This document shows positions 61,441 to 64,000 of a DNA stretch of 64,000 nucleotides, piece by piece. The DNA comes from Deltaproteobacteria bacterium. GTDB taxonomy: Bacteria; Myxococcota_A; UBA9160; SMWR01. Under the pieces are notes generated by a model that saw nothing but the letters and a program-made list of their open reading frames with translations, ran no database searches and was not told where the DNA came from. How positions within the stretch are numbered: position 1 is the first letter of the stretch; every line of letters starts with the position of its first letter. Where the stretch lies: assembly GCA_032128115.1 (NCBI GenBank), contig JAQBHB010000041.1, positions 32,001 through 96,000 on the forward strand, in the 5' to 3' direction. Both the position numbers and the translations under genes were made by a program.

Positions 61441-62310
61441 CTAGCGAAACGATACGCCTTGCGATCGGGTGGTTTCGGTGAAGACGGCTCGGATCTTCTG
61501 GAAGAGCGGCCCAGGGTGACCGTCGCCGATGGGGCGGGCGTCCAGGGACCGGATGGGAACCAGGCCGGCGCCGCTTCCCGTGAGGAAGGCTTCGTCGGCT
61601 GCGAACAGGTCGAAGCGGCCCAGCGTGCGCTCGCGGGCGGGGATGCCGAGCGTGCCGGCCAGTTCCAGGACCACACCCCGGTTGATGCCCTCGAGCGCAC
61701 CGTCGCTGGCCGGGGGCGTGCGCAGCTCGCCATCGCGATATACGAAGACGTTGGCGACGCTGGCCTCGGCCACATTGCCGGCTGCGTTCAGGAGCAGGGC
61801 CTCGTCGGCGCCCTGACGGCGGGCCTCGAGCTTGGCCAGGGCGCTGTTCAGGTAGTTGAGGCTCTTCACGCGCGGGTCGAGTACGTCCGGTCCCGGGCGT
61901 CGACCACTGGCCGTCACCAGATCGATGCCCCGGGCGATCTTCTCTTCTGGATAGATGTTCAGGCGGTCGACGATGCAGAGGATGCGCGGAGTGGGGCAGC
62001 TGGTCGGATCGACCCCCAGCTCGCCATCGCCCCGGGTTACCAGCAGACGCACATAGGCCTCGTCCTCCCCGTACTGGCGCAGGGTCTCGAACACGATCTC
62101 GCGAAGTTCGTCTCGGCTCGCGGGGATCTCGAGTGCGATGGCACGCGCAGAGGTTTCCAGGCGCGAGAGGTGTCCGTCGATGCGGAAGACACGACCTGCG
62201 GTGACGCGAATGCCCTCGAAGACACCGTCGCCATACAGGAGTCCATGATCCGTAACCGGAATGCGAGCTTCGCTCCCATCCACCACGGCGCCGTCGATCC
62301 AGACCTTCAT
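61441..62310 (-). CDS. ilvE: Branched-chain amino acid aminotransferase
   Basis: DHGLLYGDGVFEG, KSLNY, LEGI, ADEAFLTG. Confidence 0.88.
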   Translation of the reverse strand: MKVWIDGAVVDGSEARIPVTDHGLLYGDGVFEGIRVTAGRVFRIDGHLSRLETSARAIALEIPASRDELREIVFETLRQYGEDEAYVRLLVTRGDGELGVDPTSCPTPRILCIVDRLNIYPEEKIARGIDLVTASGRRPGPDVLDPRVKSLNYLNSALAKLEARRQGADEALLLNAAGNVAEASVANVFVYRDGELRTPPASDGALEGINRGVVLELAGTLGIPARERTLGRFDLFAADEAFLTGSGAGLVPIRSLDARPIGDGHPGPLFQKIRAVFTETTRSQGVSFR

Positions 62311-63062
62311 GTCTGCCTCCCCTCGTTTCCCTGGAGTCGGGTCGCGATTACTCCGGCCCACTGCTGCGTGCGACGCGCCACGCGATCCGCACCCAGGTCT
62401 TCCATGCGCGGCGTGGCCGCGGCAACGGCCACGGCAGCGATCATGCGGCCACTCATCAGGACCGGAGCCGCCACCACCCAGAGCCCCGGAATCCATTCGT
62501 CGCGATTGCTTGCGTGGCCACGCTGGCGCGCCTGCTCGATCTCGTGGGCAAGATCTGCGGGCCGGACCGGCGTGGCCGCCGTGTAGCGTTCGAGCGGGGG
62601 CGGGGGCGCGGCCACGGCGTCGCCCCCGAAAGCCAGGAAGAGTTTGCCCACGGCAGTGGCGTGGACCGGAACCTCGGCGCCCACCCGAGGCGCCGCACGC
62701 AGGAAGCCGGTTCCCTCGGCCTTGTCGAGCACTAGGATGCGCCCAGCCCGGGCGCCCACGAGGAAGACGGTCTCGCCGAGCTCATCGGCGCCCGACTCCA
62801 GCACCGGCCGGGCGGCCGCCACCACCGGCTCGCGGGCCAGCGCTCCTAGACCGAGGGCCACCAGGGCGATGCCGGTTCGATAGCGGCCGAGCGAATCGCG
62901 TTCGACCAGCCCGCGGCGCCCCAGGCCCGCGAGCAACCGGTGGGCACTCGACTTGGGAAGGCCCAGGGCGCGGCCGATGGCGGTCACGCCCTGGGGCGTC
63001 GCCTCGCCGTGCAGGTGGAAGAGCACGTCCAAGGCCTTGTCGATGCTGGCCTGGGCCTCCAC
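62307..63062 (-). CDS. IclR family transcriptional regulator
   Basis: HTH LPKSSAHRLL, HATAVGK, VAAPV; AGGAG RBS; ATGA overlap with ilvE. Confidence 0.92.
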   Translation of the reverse strand: MEAQASIDKALDVLFHLHGEATPQGVTAIGRALGLPKSSAHRLLAGLGRRGLVERDSLGRYRTGIALVALGLGALAREPVVAAARPVLESGADELGETVFLVGARAGRILVLDKAEGTGFLRAAPRVGAEVPVHATAVGKLFLAFGGDAVAAPPPPLERYTAATPVRPADLAHEIEQARQRGHASNRDEWIPGLWVVAAPVLMSGRMIAAVAVAAATPRMEDLGADRVARRTQQWAGVIATRLQGNEGRQT

Positions 63063-63095
63063 GCGGTCTCCTGTTGATTCTCGTTCTTGATTATC

Positions 63096-63132
63096 GTTCT
63101 TATATACGGAACATAGATCTATATGTCGGAAC
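63096..63132. promoter_or_regulatory. Tandem IclR-type operator candidates
   Basis: gttc-ttatatacg-gaac and gatc-tatatgtcg-gaac at 20-bp spacing in AT-rich DNA upstream of the IclR gene. Confidence 0.55.
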
Positions 63133-63175
63133 AATACTATCCACGTGAGGCTCGCAATGCAAACGAGGTGCGGAC

Positions 63176-64000
63176 TCAGTCGTCCAGGAGAGCAAGGACC
63201 CCGGTGTAGGTCAGAAGCTCGGTCAGCTCGTCGATGGGCCCGATTTCGCAGGACCCGAACATCCCGACGAGGGGAGCCTGCCCGAACGCCTGCTCCAGGT
63301 AGGCAGCCTCGAGGCCGGCAACGCCAAAGAAGTTCGCGCCCCGAGCACAGCAGTTGAAGTAGAGACCCAAGCTGGGAGGCGCGCCCAGGTTCCCCAGCAT
63401 GGCCTTCAAATCCTCTCGGGCCATCTCGGGCTCGCGCAGGGCCAGGGCGATGCGATCGCCGGGCCGCACCTCGTGGGGTAAGGCAAAGGCCCTGGATTCC
63501 GGGGCGAAGCCCGCCACGTTGCGAACCCGGTAGGCGCCCGGTGTCAGCTCGCCTCGAGCGTTGGGGAGCGCCACCAGCAGGAACGCCGCGGCCCGCGGGA
63601 GGTCGTCGGCCAGGGGCCCGCGGGCCACCTCGCGGTAGACGTCCAGGGCCGGCCGGCCCTCGAGCTCGGTGATCCAGTGGCCCCGGCAGCGGGTGACGGT
63701 CAACAGGTCGGTCACGGGCCTGCAGGCCTGGGTCACACCCACCCTCGCCGGAAGGCGGGCCCGCAGCACCACGCCCGCCAGGGCCCCGCACTCGATCTTC
63801 CGACCCGACCACTGCTGCGAGGGCTGGCCCATGGCGTCCGCGGACCCGGCCCCCACGATGCAGGCGGGGGCCAGCGCTCGGCGAACCCCGGCGAGCAGAT
63901 CCCCGGCGTGCAGGATCCGCGGGTCCGGAAGCAGGACCACCAGGTCTTCGGGGCGCGGGGCGCCGCCGAGCCGAGCCGCGATCTCCTCTCCCGCCAGATC
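63176..64000 (-). CDS. FIST domain signal protein (5' end outside window)
   Basis: QACRPV, ELEGRPAL, CCARG, GMFGSCEIG; reading frame open to the window edge. Confidence 0.88.
   Translation of the reverse strand, partial: DLAGEEIAARLGGAPRPEDLVVLLPDPRILHAGDLLAGVRRALAPACIVGAGSADAMGQPSQQWSGRKIECGALAGVVLRARLPARVGVTQACRPVTDLLTVTRCRGHWITELEGRPALDVYREVARGPLADDLPRAAAFLLVALPNARGELTPGAYRVRNVAGFAPESRAFALPHEVRPGDRIALALREPEMAREDLKAMLGNLGAPPSLGLYFNCCARGANFFGVAGLEAAYLEQAFGQAPLVGMFGSCEIGPIDELTELLTYTGVLALLDD

Noticed and set aside
58713..61481. 922-aa plus-strand ORF and similar long ORFs (32397..35393 -, 12509..14926 -, 21677..23824 +, 49656..51527 +)
   Set aside because: These are antisense shadows of well-supported genes, expected in high-GC DNA, and show no recognisable motifs.

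Overview
High-GC bacterial chromosomal window, densely coding, with about 52 supportable CDS. The gene content is compatible with a Myxococcota-like deltaproteobacterium, but that is inference only. I found no rRNA, tRNA, CRISPR array, transposase or phage genes. Recognisable modules: a complete Rrf2-regulated SUF operon (regulator-sufBCDSUT) with tandem IscR-type operators; NAD-linked formate dehydrogenase (mobA, nuoEF fusion, fdhA) followed by yqeC; aguAB; cysH; bioA; proS and ilvE; cyclic-nucleotide signalling genes (STAND cyclase, CpdA-like phosphoesterase, NTT-HEAT-cNMP protein, GGDEF); and many oxidoreductases. Best candidates for undescribed biology: (1) a translationally coupled class III aminotransferase-LuxE-LuxC operon without luciferase (acid to aldehyde to amine), divergent from an alpha/beta-hydrolase-FolK fusion and followed by a B12 radical SAM gene; (2) a Rieske oxygenase with reversed domain order; (3) a selenium-cofactor yqeC gene attached to a Cys-type FDH; (4) a membrane protein plus VWA lipoprotein pair behind a perfect CRP box and a sigma28-like promoter. 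Non-coding patterns include stop-codon-anchored tandem repeats, a 29-bp perfect inverted repeat, a recurrent TCAAG-N15-xxCGA promoter and probable leaderless genes. Start codons were refined by eye, and family assignments come from motif recognition, not database searches.
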